Positions 9,560 through 17,932 of a stretch of DNA of 64,000 bases are shown here, piece by piece. The notes below the pieces were generated by a model that worked only from the letters and a program-made list of their open reading frames with translations, was not told the DNA's origin and ran no database searches. Origin of the DNA: an uncultured delta proteobacterium (lineage in GTDB: Bacteria > Myxococcota > Myxococcia > Myxococcales > 40CM-4-68-19); assembly GCA_903911145.1 (NCBI GenBank), contig CAIWCD010000013.1, positions 1-64,000 of the forward strand, given 5' to 3'. The position numbers and the translations under genes were made by a program. How positions within the stretch are numbered: the stretch's first letter is position 1; every line of letters starts with the position of its first letter.

Positions 9560-11014
9560 GTGGCGCAACCAGTGTGGGCGAGGAAGATCGCAGCGCTGCG
9601 CAAGAAGCTCGAGGCGTTGTGCGCGCTCGCGGACGCGAACGGATTTCTCCCCCCGCTCGACGAGGAGGCCTTGCACGACAGCGAAGCGCGGCTCGGCACT
9701 TCTCTTCCAGAAGAGTTTCGTGCGTTTCTCGCGCAGCTCTCTGGCGGTGAGGAGCCGTGTGGCGCCCCCTCGATTCTGGGTCCCTTGCAGGGACTCGCGG
9801 AGCTGCCTGCAGGCGCGAATCCGGCGGCGCTGTTTCCCTGCAGTGAGCGCGAGGCGATGGAGCTCCTCGCAGCCCCAAGCAGCAGCGATGCAGTCGCGCA
9901 CAGAGCGTTCGCAGGTCCGTTCCACGGGCTTCTGCCGATCATGGATTACGGCGACGCCCAGTATGACTGCGTGGTGCTCACGGGTCCGCTGCGGGGAACC
10001 GTCTGGCACTGCGCAGAGAATGGATTCGCGCCGCTGCCCTCGAAGGCGCCAAAGGGGCGCGCGCCGCTCGACGTCCTCGCCTGGCTTGATCAGCAGCTCT
10101 CGTCTGCGCTCGAGCAGGCACCGCGGCCGATCGCGCCCGATGCGATCGAAGCGCGGTTTCTCGAACAGAAGATCCGGGCGCTGCCTGCGTCGCTCTTCGC
10201 GGCAACTGGACTGCGCCGGCTCATCTGCTCCTCGCAGAAGCTCTCGTCCGGGGTGCCCAGAGAGATCGGCAAGCTCACCGGGTTGCGCGAGCTGGTTCTC
10301 TCGGGAGACGAGCTTGAGTCGCTGCCGGATGAGATCGGCGAATTGCGAAATCTGACCCGCCTCTGCCTCGCGCCGAATCGTCTGGCCTCGCTCCCGTCGA
10401 GCATCGGGAAGCTCACCGCGCTCAGGCAGCTGCAGCTCGCAGGCAACCAGTTGACGTCTCTGCCCGAGAGCGTTGGCGAACTGGCCGCCCTCGAGGAGTT
10501 GGAGCTGCGCGACAACCAGCTCACAGAGCTGCCGCGCTCGATCGGACGGCTCGACAGACTGCGCAAGCTCGAGCTCTCGCGCAACCCATTGCGCGCGCTT
10601 CCCGAGGGGCTCACGACGACTGCGCTCGGTGCATTCGAGATCAAGGAACTGCCCGCGCTGGATGTCGCGCAGGCGCTCGACGTGCTCGCCCGCGTTCCGA
10701 CTCTGCGGACGCTCGCGCTCTACGGATCAGGCGGAGAGCCGCTCCCCGCGCTCGATCGTTTGAGACAAGTCACGACGCTGCGGCTGATTCGATATGGACT
10801 GACGGCGCTCCCGGAGGCGCTGCTCGCGCTCACGCAACTGGAGAATCTCTCCCTCGATCAGAACGCGTTGCGCTCGCTTCCTGACGCGCTCTTCGCGCTG
10901 CCGAAACTCCGCTCGGTCGTGCTCTTCATGAATCCATTCGACTCGCACAAAGTGGACCGGTTGCGCACGCGATGGCCGCAGGTGCGCATCGAATATTTCG
11001 CGGAGCCCGCGTGA
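9560..11014 (+). CDS. SMI1/KNR4 (SUKH)-like domain fused to leucine-rich repeats
   Basis: PPLDEEALHDSEARLGTSLPEEFRAFL and GLLPIMDYGD...GTVW motifs, then repeated LxxLxLxxNxLxxLPxxIG; GTG 9560 after GGAGG. Confidence 0.8.
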   Translation: MAQPVWARKIAALRKKLEALCALADANGFLPPLDEEALHDSEARLGTSLPEEFRAFLAQLSGGEEPCGAPSILGPLQGLAELPAGANPAALFPCSEREAMELLAAPSSSDAVAHRAFAGPFHGLLPIMDYGDAQYDCVVLTGPLRGTVWHCAENGFAPLPSKAPKGRAPLDVLAWLDQQLSSALEQAPRPIAPDAIEARFLEQKIRALPASLFAATGLRRLICSSQKLSSGVPREIGKLTGLRELVLSGDELESLPDEIGELRNLTRLCLAPNRLASLPSSIGKLTALRQLQLAGNQLTSLPESVGELAALEELELRDNQLTELPRSIGRLDRLRKLELSRNPLRALPEGLTTTALGAFEIKELPALDVAQALDVLARVPTLRTLALYGSGGEPLPALDRLRQVTTLRLIRYGLTALPEALLALTQLENLSLDQNALRSLPDALFALPKLRSVVLFMNPFDSHKVDRLRTRWPQVRIEYFAEPA

Positions 11015-11427
11015 CGCAAGCAGAGGACCTCTCGGAGCTTGCGTTGGGCGACGACGAACTCGCGCATGTGCGTGCCGCCATTCGTCGCTGGGGCAAGCCT
11101 GCGGCGGTCGCGGAGCGATTCAACAGCGGCGACGTGGCCCGACATATCCGCGCATGGAACGCCTTCGTCGAGCGGGATTGGGCAGAATTTGATCTCTCCG
11201 AGTACCACCACGATCTCGGCTGCCGCACCTGGCTCGAGTTGCTCATCGATGCAGTCTCACCGCGGACGGCCACGCGAATCACCGGTGCGATCCGCTCGGC
11301 TGACGCGCGCTTCCTCGCTCGCATGCAGCCTCGCCGCGCGGCAGGTCTGGCTCGAGGCATATTCTGGGAGGCGAATACGCTTCATCCGGACGAAGCGGTC
11401 GTTGACCCTCCATCGGCAACCGATTGA
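11011..11427 (+). CDS. Hypothetical protein, immunity-protein-like
   Basis: GTGA overlap with upstream stop; WNAFVE...EYHHDLGCRTWLE...ADARF pattern. Confidence 0.6.
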   Translation: MTQAEDLSELALGDDELAHVRAAIRRWGKPAAVAERFNSGDVARHIRAWNAFVERDWAEFDLSEYHHDLGCRTWLELLIDAVSPRTATRITGAIRSADARFLARMQPRRAAGLARGIFWEANTLHPDEAVVDPPSATD

Positions 11428-11505
11428 GCAAGCGCTGCGCGCGCGCCCGCATCGAGCGCGCAACTGCAGAACATCACCAGCCAGTTTCCCTCGTTCACGC
11501 CAGAC

Positions 11506-13521
11506 GTGAAGGGCATCTACGTCGCCACCGACACGGTCTCGGGAAAGTCGCTCACCATCTACGCCGGCACCTGGATCGGCAGCATGACTTCCGATGGCAC
11601 GCCTCCGAGCAACACGTGCGGGATCTGCCACACCGCCAATCCTGCGAACCCCGCGACGTCGATGTCCGCACCCGACATGTGGCAACTCACCCGGACGAGC
11701 GCGCACACGACGGCGATGCAGCACAAGCTCGACGGCACCGCGGGCAACGGCTTTCGCGAATCGTGTCTCGCGTGCCACACGGTCGGCTACGACAAGAGCG
11801 CAGCGAACAACGGATTCGACGACGTCGAGACCTCTTCGGGCTGGTCATTCCCGCAGACGCTGCAGATGGGAAACTGGGACGCGCTGGTGTCGAACAACAC
11901 GCTCGGCCCGCTGGCAGGAATCCAGTGCGAGAGCTGCCACGGACCGCAGGGACAGCCGACCGGCGGACCGCACAGCGGCATCGATCCGGCGGCGCGCAAC
12001 TCCTGGTCGTCTGAGGTCTGCGCGAGCTGCCACCAGAAGTCCGGCACCTACTCGATGATGGAGCAGTGGGCGACGCCGGGAGCCAACTACGTCGGCCACT
12101 CCAACAGCTTTGCCGCGATTGGCGAAGGCTCCTACGAACGCTTTCCTGCATCGTTCATCACCGCGACCGGTGCGGTGATTCCGCAGGGCGCGAATCTCAA
12201 GGCCTGCGCGCGTTGCCACTCTGCGCAAGGGTTCGCACGGTATGCCCGGCAGCTGAACGCGGGCGAGTCGGGATACCTGACCAGCGATGCGCTGCCGCTG
12301 AGCGGGAACAATCATCCCGCGACCGGAACCGAGCTGCGCGCGATCGGACTGGCGGCCAGCTCGGTCGAGCCGCAGACCTGCGCGGCCTGCCACGATCCGC
12401 ACGGGAATGCAGGCGCGGGTCAGCACCAGTTGCGCATCTACGATGCCGTGCCTTCGCTCGTCGACGGCCTGACCGGAATCACAGGCATGGGCACAGGCGC
12501 GATCTGCATCGCCTGCCACAACTCCGCGCGCGGCGAGCATTCGGACTTCGCGCAGATGGGCCTCGACTTCGCGACCGGTCGTCCGCTCCCGCAGCCGACG
12601 CTGGTCTCCTTTCCGAAGCCGCACAACTCGACGCAGGCGGAGATGATGTTCGGGTTCAGCGCCTACTTCATGCCGCGCTATTCGCCTTCGGCGCACCTCG
12701 CGATCGCGGACACGTGCGCGGGCTGCCACGTCAAGCTGCCGACGGCGAACCAGCGCGCGGCGCATCAGACGTCGAATCACGCGATGGCGACCGACAGCAC
12801 GCTCTGCGCGAACTGCCACGGCGCAGGTTCAGCGGCGGTCGATGGCGAGGCACTCAAGGCGGCGAACCAGCTGCAGCTCACTTCCGTGCAGCAGCTCTTC
12901 GCTTCGAAACTCCTGACGACGCTGGCGCACGCCATCCAGAACGTGCCCGTCTCCGGCGCGATGGTCGTCGCTGTGCGTCCGTACGACGCCGTCAGCAACT
13001 CCTACTCGAGCAGCCAGTCGTCCTACAGCGGCGCGGGCCTCTCGGGATGGGTCGACCTCGTGGCGACGGGCAACACGCCGACCAGCATCGGGTTCACCCG
13101 CACGCAGACAGGCACGCCGCTCATCGTGCTCAACGTTCCCAACGCCGTCACCTTCACGCCGACCGCACAGGGCGCGGCTCCGGTCACGACCACGGCGCTC
13201 GCGGTCGCGTACGAATCGATCGCGACGAACCAGACGGTGCCCAACACGCTGCCGGGTTGGCCGACCGCGAGCGCCTACCTCTATTCGGTCTGGGGCGCTC
13301 CCTCGCCCGCAACGGGAACGGACACGGGAAACTTCCCGACCGTTCCGCAGCCGCAGTGGCTCACGGGGAACATGGGCGCAGTCGCGCAGGTCCAGACGCT
13401 CATGAAGGCCGGGTGGAACATCGCGCTGCTCACGAACGACGGTTCGCTCGGTCTGCACAACCCGTCGTTCTTCAACGCGACTCTCAGCGCGACGAGCGCG
13501 ACGCTCGAGCAGCTGCCTTAG
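11506..13521 (+). CDS. Multiheme c-type cytochrome (9 CxxCH), probably lacking its N-terminus
   Basis: CGICH, CLACH, CESCH, CASCH, CARCH, CAACH, CIACH, CAGCH, CANCH; C-terminal DGSLGLHNP; no signal peptide. Confidence 0.88.
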   Translation: MKGIYVATDTVSGKSLTIYAGTWIGSMTSDGTPPSNTCGICHTANPANPATSMSAPDMWQLTRTSAHTTAMQHKLDGTAGNGFRESCLACHTVGYDKSAANNGFDDVETSSGWSFPQTLQMGNWDALVSNNTLGPLAGIQCESCHGPQGQPTGGPHSGIDPAARNSWSSEVCASCHQKSGTYSMMEQWATPGANYVGHSNSFAAIGEGSYERFPASFITATGAVIPQGANLKACARCHSAQGFARYARQLNAGESGYLTSDALPLSGNNHPATGTELRAIGLAASSVEPQTCAACHDPHGNAGAGQHQLRIYDAVPSLVDGLTGITGMGTGAICIACHNSARGEHSDFAQMGLDFATGRPLPQPTLVSFPKPHNSTQAEMMFGFSAYFMPRYSPSAHLAIADTCAGCHVKLPTANQRAAHQTSNHAMATDSTLCANCHGAGSAAVDGEALKAANQLQLTSVQQLFASKLLTTLAHAIQNVPVSGAMVVAVRPYDAVSNSYSSSQSSYSGAGLSGWVDLVATGNTPTSIGFTRTQTGTPLIVLNVPNAVTFTPTAQGAAPVTTTALAVAYESIATNQTVPNTLPGWPTASAYLYSVWGAPSPATGTDTGNFPTVPQPQWLTGNMGAVAQVQTLMKAGWNIALLTNDGSLGLHNPSFFNATLSATSATLEQLP

Positions 13522-13569
13522 GCTCCCAACGGGGCGCACCGGAGATCTGCTCCAGAGCGCCCCGCCGCA

Positions 13570-15462
13570 TCAGTAGGCTGCGAGCGGTCCGAATGCATCG
13601 GCGACGATGAACATCCCGCCGCCGATATAGAGCAGCCGCACGAATGCGCCGGGCTGGCCCACGAGCAGCGAGGTTGTCGTCGTGTCGGAGCGATAGGTCC
13701 AGAGATCGCCGGTATCATCCGCGGCAACGAGTTGCGTCCCGCTCGCATCGGACGCGGCCGAGACCCAGACCCGCTGTGCGATTCCTCCTCCGAGCCGCTC
13801 GACCCACGTCGTGCCCACGTCGGCCGAGGTCCAGAGATCGCCCTTCGATCCTGGCGGCCCCCCTGCATACCGCTCAGACGCCGCGATGAAACGGGTCCCG
13901 GCGGTATTGGTTGCGATCGAGGTCCAGGAGTTGCCCGATTCGGGAGTTCCGGTAGTTCGATTCAACCAGGTTGTGCCTGCATTGGTCGATATCCAGATAT
14001 CCCCGGCCAGCGCGACGGCCATCAGCGTAGCGCCAGCGGCGTCCGACGCCACGGAGGTCCAGTTCTGTCCGGACGCTTCCGTTCCTGCTGTCCGGTTGCT
14101 CCAGGTTGCACCGGAATCATGGGACACCCAGAGGTCCTTCCCTGCCGCGATGAGGTTGGTGCCGGTTGAGTCTGAGGCGACCGATTGCCAGTTTTCGTTC
14201 GTCGCCGAGCTGCCCGTCGTCCGGTTGACCCACGTTGCGCCCGAGTCATGAGAGGTCCAGACATCCCTCCCCTGCGTCGCGCCAACGAGGTGGACACCAG
14301 AAGCATCGGATGCAACGGAAAACCAGGGTGCGCCCGAGGCCGATGTTCCGGTCGTCCGGTTCACCCAGGTCTGGCCGAAGTCGACTGACGTCCAGACATC
14401 CTGCACCTCCGATGCGACCAGCAGACTCGCGTCGGCATTCGATGCCACCGAGTACCAGAGCTTTCCCGTGGCAGCCGTGCCGGTCGTGCGATTCGTCCAA
14501 CTCGCTCCGGAATTGCTGGAAGTCCAAAGATCACCACCGAACACACTCGCAATCAGATGCGCACCCGAACGATCGGAGGCAATCGCCTGCCAGTTCAGTC
14601 CCGAACCCGCGGTACCGTGCGTGCGATTCACCCAGTGATTCGGGAGAACCTCAGAGCCGGACGGATATTGAATCGTGTCTGAGCCGCTCGCGACCATCCA
14701 GGTTGGACCGACACCCTCTGATGCGACATCGATCTCAGAACCCGGAGTCAGGGAAGCACCAGAAGGAAGCGTGATTGTCAGCGCTGCAATGCTCGCGGGC
14801 TCAGAGACATAACCGTGCTGCGCGGCCGCGGAGATCGAACTGTTTGTAATAGTCCACGGAATCCCGTTTCCAGTGGCACCAGTGACTCCCGTCGCGCCAG
14901 TCGCCCCAGTGGAACCAGAATTTCCGGTCGCACCGGTTGCTCCAGTTGCACCGATGTTTCCAGTCGTTCCTGTCGCTCCAGTAGAACCAGAATTTCCAGT
15001 CGCGCCAGTCGCCCCTGTGGAACCAGAATTTCCGGTCGCGCCGGTCGCTCCAGTAGCACCAGGATTTCCGGTCGCGCCGGTCGCCCCCGTGGAGCCAGAA
15101 TTTCCGGTCGCTCCTGTCGCTCCAGTCGCACCAGCATTTCCAGTCGCTCCATTCACTCCAGTAGCACCAGTGCGGCCCGTGGCGCCGGTGGCACCCGTAT
15201 TCCCTGTATCGCCAGTCGCACCGACGCTGCCAGTCGCGCCCGTTGCTCCGGGAACTCCGACTGCACCCGTGGAACCATTGTTTCCGGCATCACCCGTCGC
15301 CCCTGTAGTTCCGGCATCGCCCGTCGCTCCGGAAGCACCAGTCATCCCTGTCGCGCCGGTGGCGCCCTGCACGCCCTGCAATCCTCTCGGCCCTGTCTCA
15401 TCCGAGCAACTGAGGACCAACGAGCAGAGTGCGGATACGGCCAACCAAAGAGGGGTTCGCAT
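13570..15462 (-). CDS. Lipoprotein with collagen-like G-X-T stalk and BNR/Asp-box beta-propeller
   Basis: Signal peptide ending LVLSC, long GAT/GNT/GST triplet run, repeated VASDxxG and WTSxDxGxTW blades. Confidence 0.9.
   Translation of the reverse strand: MRTPLWLAVSALCSLVLSCSDETGPRGLQGVQGATGATGMTGASGATGDAGTTGATGDAGNNGSTGAVGVPGATGATGSVGATGDTGNTGATGATGRTGATGVNGATGNAGATGATGATGNSGSTGATGATGNPGATGATGATGNSGSTGATGATGNSGSTGATGTTGNIGATGATGATGNSGSTGATGATGVTGATGNGIPWTITNSSISAAAQHGYVSEPASIAALTITLPSGASLTPGSEIDVASEGVGPTWMVASGSDTIQYPSGSEVLPNHWVNRTHGTAGSGLNWQAIASDRSGAHLIASVFGGDLWTSSNSGASWTNRTTGTAATGKLWYSVASNADASLLVASEVQDVWTSVDFGQTWVNRTTGTSASGAPWFSVASDASGVHLVGATQGRDVWTSHDSGATWVNRTTGSSATNENWQSVASDSTGTNLIAAGKDLWVSHDSGATWSNRTAGTEASGQNWTSVASDAAGATLMAVALAGDIWISTNAGTTWLNRTTGTPESGNSWTSIATNTAGTRFIAASERYAGGPPGSKGDLWTSADVGTTWVERLGGGIAQRVWVSAASDASGTQLVAADDTGDLWTYRSDTTTTSLLVGQPGAFVRLLYIGGGMFIVADAFGPLAAY
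14870..15395 (-). repeat. Collagen-like 9-bp-unit coding repeat (G-X-T)
   Basis: [12 protein letters not shown] iterations. Confidence 0.9.
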
Positions 15463-15859
15463 CGATCTCTCCAGAGCGTGCAGTGCAGACGAGTTGAGAA
15501 GCGCGCGACGCTCGCAGCGAGACCGGAACGCGTCAATGTGATTCTCGCTGCGCGTCGTCTACTGAACGCATCTCAAAACGGAGCGTTCGGGCGTCCTGTT
15601 CGTAGACTTACGAGGGTTGCTGCGCGTCGCCGCAAGAGCAACGAACGGTTCGCGGGCAGCAGTCAGTCGAAGAGCGCGCGCAGCCGCTCCAGGAGGCCCG
15701 CTCGACGAGCCGGCCGGGGCACTGACGCGGCCGCGGGCGCAGGCAGCCCGAGAATTCCTCTCACCGGCGTGGGAACAAGGAAGGTCACAGGGTCGCCTCC
15801 CCCTTTGTGCTCAACGAGTGGGTCGCACCGTGCTGCAAGTGCTCTCGACGACGCGGCCG

Positions 15860-17854
15860 CTATTGCGCCTGAGGAACGGTGACCATCCAGACACCGTCGC
15901 CAACCGAGCGATCAAAAAAGAGCCGCGAGAAGCTCGTCGGATTGCCGACCGTCCAGACCTGCGCGCCCGGCGCAATCACGCCCGCGACCCCACCGCTCTC
16001 GGTCGACGCGCAGACATCGAGCATTCCCAGCGAACCAACCGCGCGCGAGGGTGCGAAGACCAGCTCCCGCCCAGTCCAGCGGAAGGTGAACGGCTCGACC
16101 GGCCCGCCGTAGGTATCTGGATTCGGCTCGGCCCAGGTATTCGGGATATTGAAACCAAAGTTCGATACGGGGCCATTCGGGTCCACCATTCCCGGCAGCG
16201 TGATCGGCGAGCCGACACCATTCTCTGCATAGAGCAGTACCGGACCAGGTGTCGCCGTCGCCGTATTCTGCACAATCGGCGAATTCAGCATCGCAACGCG
16301 AGTCGGCAGAACTGGCTCATATTCGACGATCTGCCCCTGGTTCGCGATCAATTGCGCCGCGCCGCCATCGAGAGGCGCGACGTGAATGCGATTATCGGAA
16401 CCATCGAGCGCGAAGTATTGATCGTCAGGGGAGAGGCTGAACGCGATCGGATATCCAAGCTGTGCGCTGATATAGTTGCTCGATGAAGCAAGCGTGATGA
16501 ATGCGGAGCCGCTTGCCGTTGATGCGACGTGGAGCTGGTTCTGCCCCTGCATGAAGAGCAGCGTTCCATCGGGCGACAGATAGAAGGTATTGGCCGCATC
16601 GCTGCCAGTTGAAATGGTGACATCGGCAACGCCGCTGCGTCGATGGATCGCCATTGAGGTCGCTTGAACATCGGTGGTGTGCGTGGTGATTCCATAGGCA
16701 GCAATGGTGCTATCAGCGCTGAATTGTGGTCCGTCGGCATAGTTCGAGGTCAGGACGGTATCGCCCGCTCCTGACGACGCGATCTGATGCAACGAATAGG
16801 TCTGATTCAATGCAGTCACATAGAAGAGCTGCGCACCATCTGGAGTCCAATAGCCGGTGCCGGCGGACGAAGCGGGAGAACCCGGCGGGAGGGAGAGCTG
16901 CGTTGCGGTCGCGGTCTGCACGAGCAACGACTCAGGCCCGCCGCCATCAACGAAACCATGGACGACTGCGGCCGTCGCCGTCACATTCGGCTGAACCACC
17001 GGCGTATCCGCGAATCCACCTGCGAGCCGCTTCGGCGCGCCTCCCGAGGCCGGAACCATCCAGACGTCGAGTCCCTGCGCCGTTCTGGTCGCGAAGAAGA
17101 GCTCGCCAGCGGCGGTCGCAAGCAGAGCGGTCGAGGAGAGCGAGCGGGCATTGCTGCCGTCAGCGGCCGCAGCCCAGAGCAGGGGCGCCGCCGTTGGCTC
17201 ATTCAACGCGAAGTAATAGAGGCCGCTCGAGTCAGGGGTAAAGTCCGCAAGCGGGAGGTTGTAACTGGTGTTGCTATAAGCGCCGTGGGAGGTCAACTCC
17301 CGCGTGGAGCCAGAGCCCCCATCGAGGGTGATTACGGCCAGCGCGCAACCAGGCACTCCTTGACCGGCGTCGACCTGCCCTCGCTCAACCAGGACGTGTG
17401 ATTCATCACCTGCCGCGCGCAGGCCCAGAGCGGGGCCCGCGCCGATCCGCACCGGAGTGACACCAGGATAGCTCGGCAGCCCGCCGGTCCCGCCGTCATA
17501 GTAGCCGCCATCCCATTCCCCTCCGTTGCTGCCTGCATCGCTTCCTGCGTCGCTGCCTGCATCGCTTCCGGCATCGCTTCCTGCGTCGCTCCCCGCGTCA
17601 TTCCCCTCCTGGATCGCAGGCTCACAGTGATGCTGCGCGGAGCAGAGATCGGTCGGCCCGCACTGCCCGCAGCTTGCGACTGTGCGCGACGTCCCGCAGA
17701 GATCCACGACCTGAAGTGAGCCGCAGAGCGCGCCCGCCTGCGCGCAGAGTTGCCCATCGGTCGGAGGAGAACAGGTCGACACAGGATCGCTGCTGCACGC
17801 GGCCACAAGCGAAGAAGCGACGACAATGAAGGCATACGAGGCGAACTTCGACAC
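15860..17854 (-). CDS. Cys-rich lipoprotein with DAGS linker and TolB/WD40-like beta-propeller
   Basis: Lipobox LVAAC, Cys-rich module (CGSLQVVDLCGTSRTVASCGQC), DAGS x5, FTPDS/WTPDG/LSPDG blades; start uncertain (ORF open to 17917). Confidence 0.8.
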   Translation of the reverse strand: MSKFASYAFIVVASSLVAACSSDPVSTCSPPTDGQLCAQAGALCGSLQVVDLCGTSRTVASCGQCGPTDLCSAQHHCEPAIQEGNDAGSDAGSDAGSDAGSDAGSDAGSNGGEWDGGYYDGGTGGLPSYPGVTPVRIGAGPALGLRAAGDESHVLVERGQVDAGQGVPGCALAVITLDGGSGSTRELTSHGAYSNTSYNLPLADFTPDSSGLYYFALNEPTAAPLLWAAAADGSNARSLSSTALLATAAGELFFATRTAQGLDVWMVPASGGAPKRLAGGFADTPVVQPNVTATAAVVHGFVDGGGPESLLVQTATATQLSLPPGSPASSAGTGYWTPDGAQLFYVTALNQTYSLHQIASSGAGDTVLTSNYADGPQFSADSTIAAYGITTHTTDVQATSMAIHRRSGVADVTISTGSDAANTFYLSPDGTLLFMQGQNQLHVASTASGSAFITLASSSNYISAQLGYPIAFSLSPDDQYFALDGSDNRIHVAPLDGGAAQLIANQGQIVEYEPVLPTRVAMLNSPIVQNTATATPGPVLLYAENGVGSPITLPGMVDPNGPVSNFGFNIPNTWAEPNPDTYGGPVEPFTFRWTGRELVFAPSRAVGSLGMLDVCASTESGGVAGVIAPGAQVWTVGNPTSFSRLFFDRSVGDGVWMVTVPQAQ

Positions 17855-17932
17855 GACCACTCCAATCTCAAGACGCAGCACGAGCGACCGGGCGTGCATC
17901 AATGAAACAACGTGCAATCAGGACCGGCAGAG

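Noticed and set aside
11425..11427. Selenocysteine readthrough joining the immunity-like gene to the cytochrome
   Set aside because: No redox-motif context, and the fusion would still lack a signal peptide
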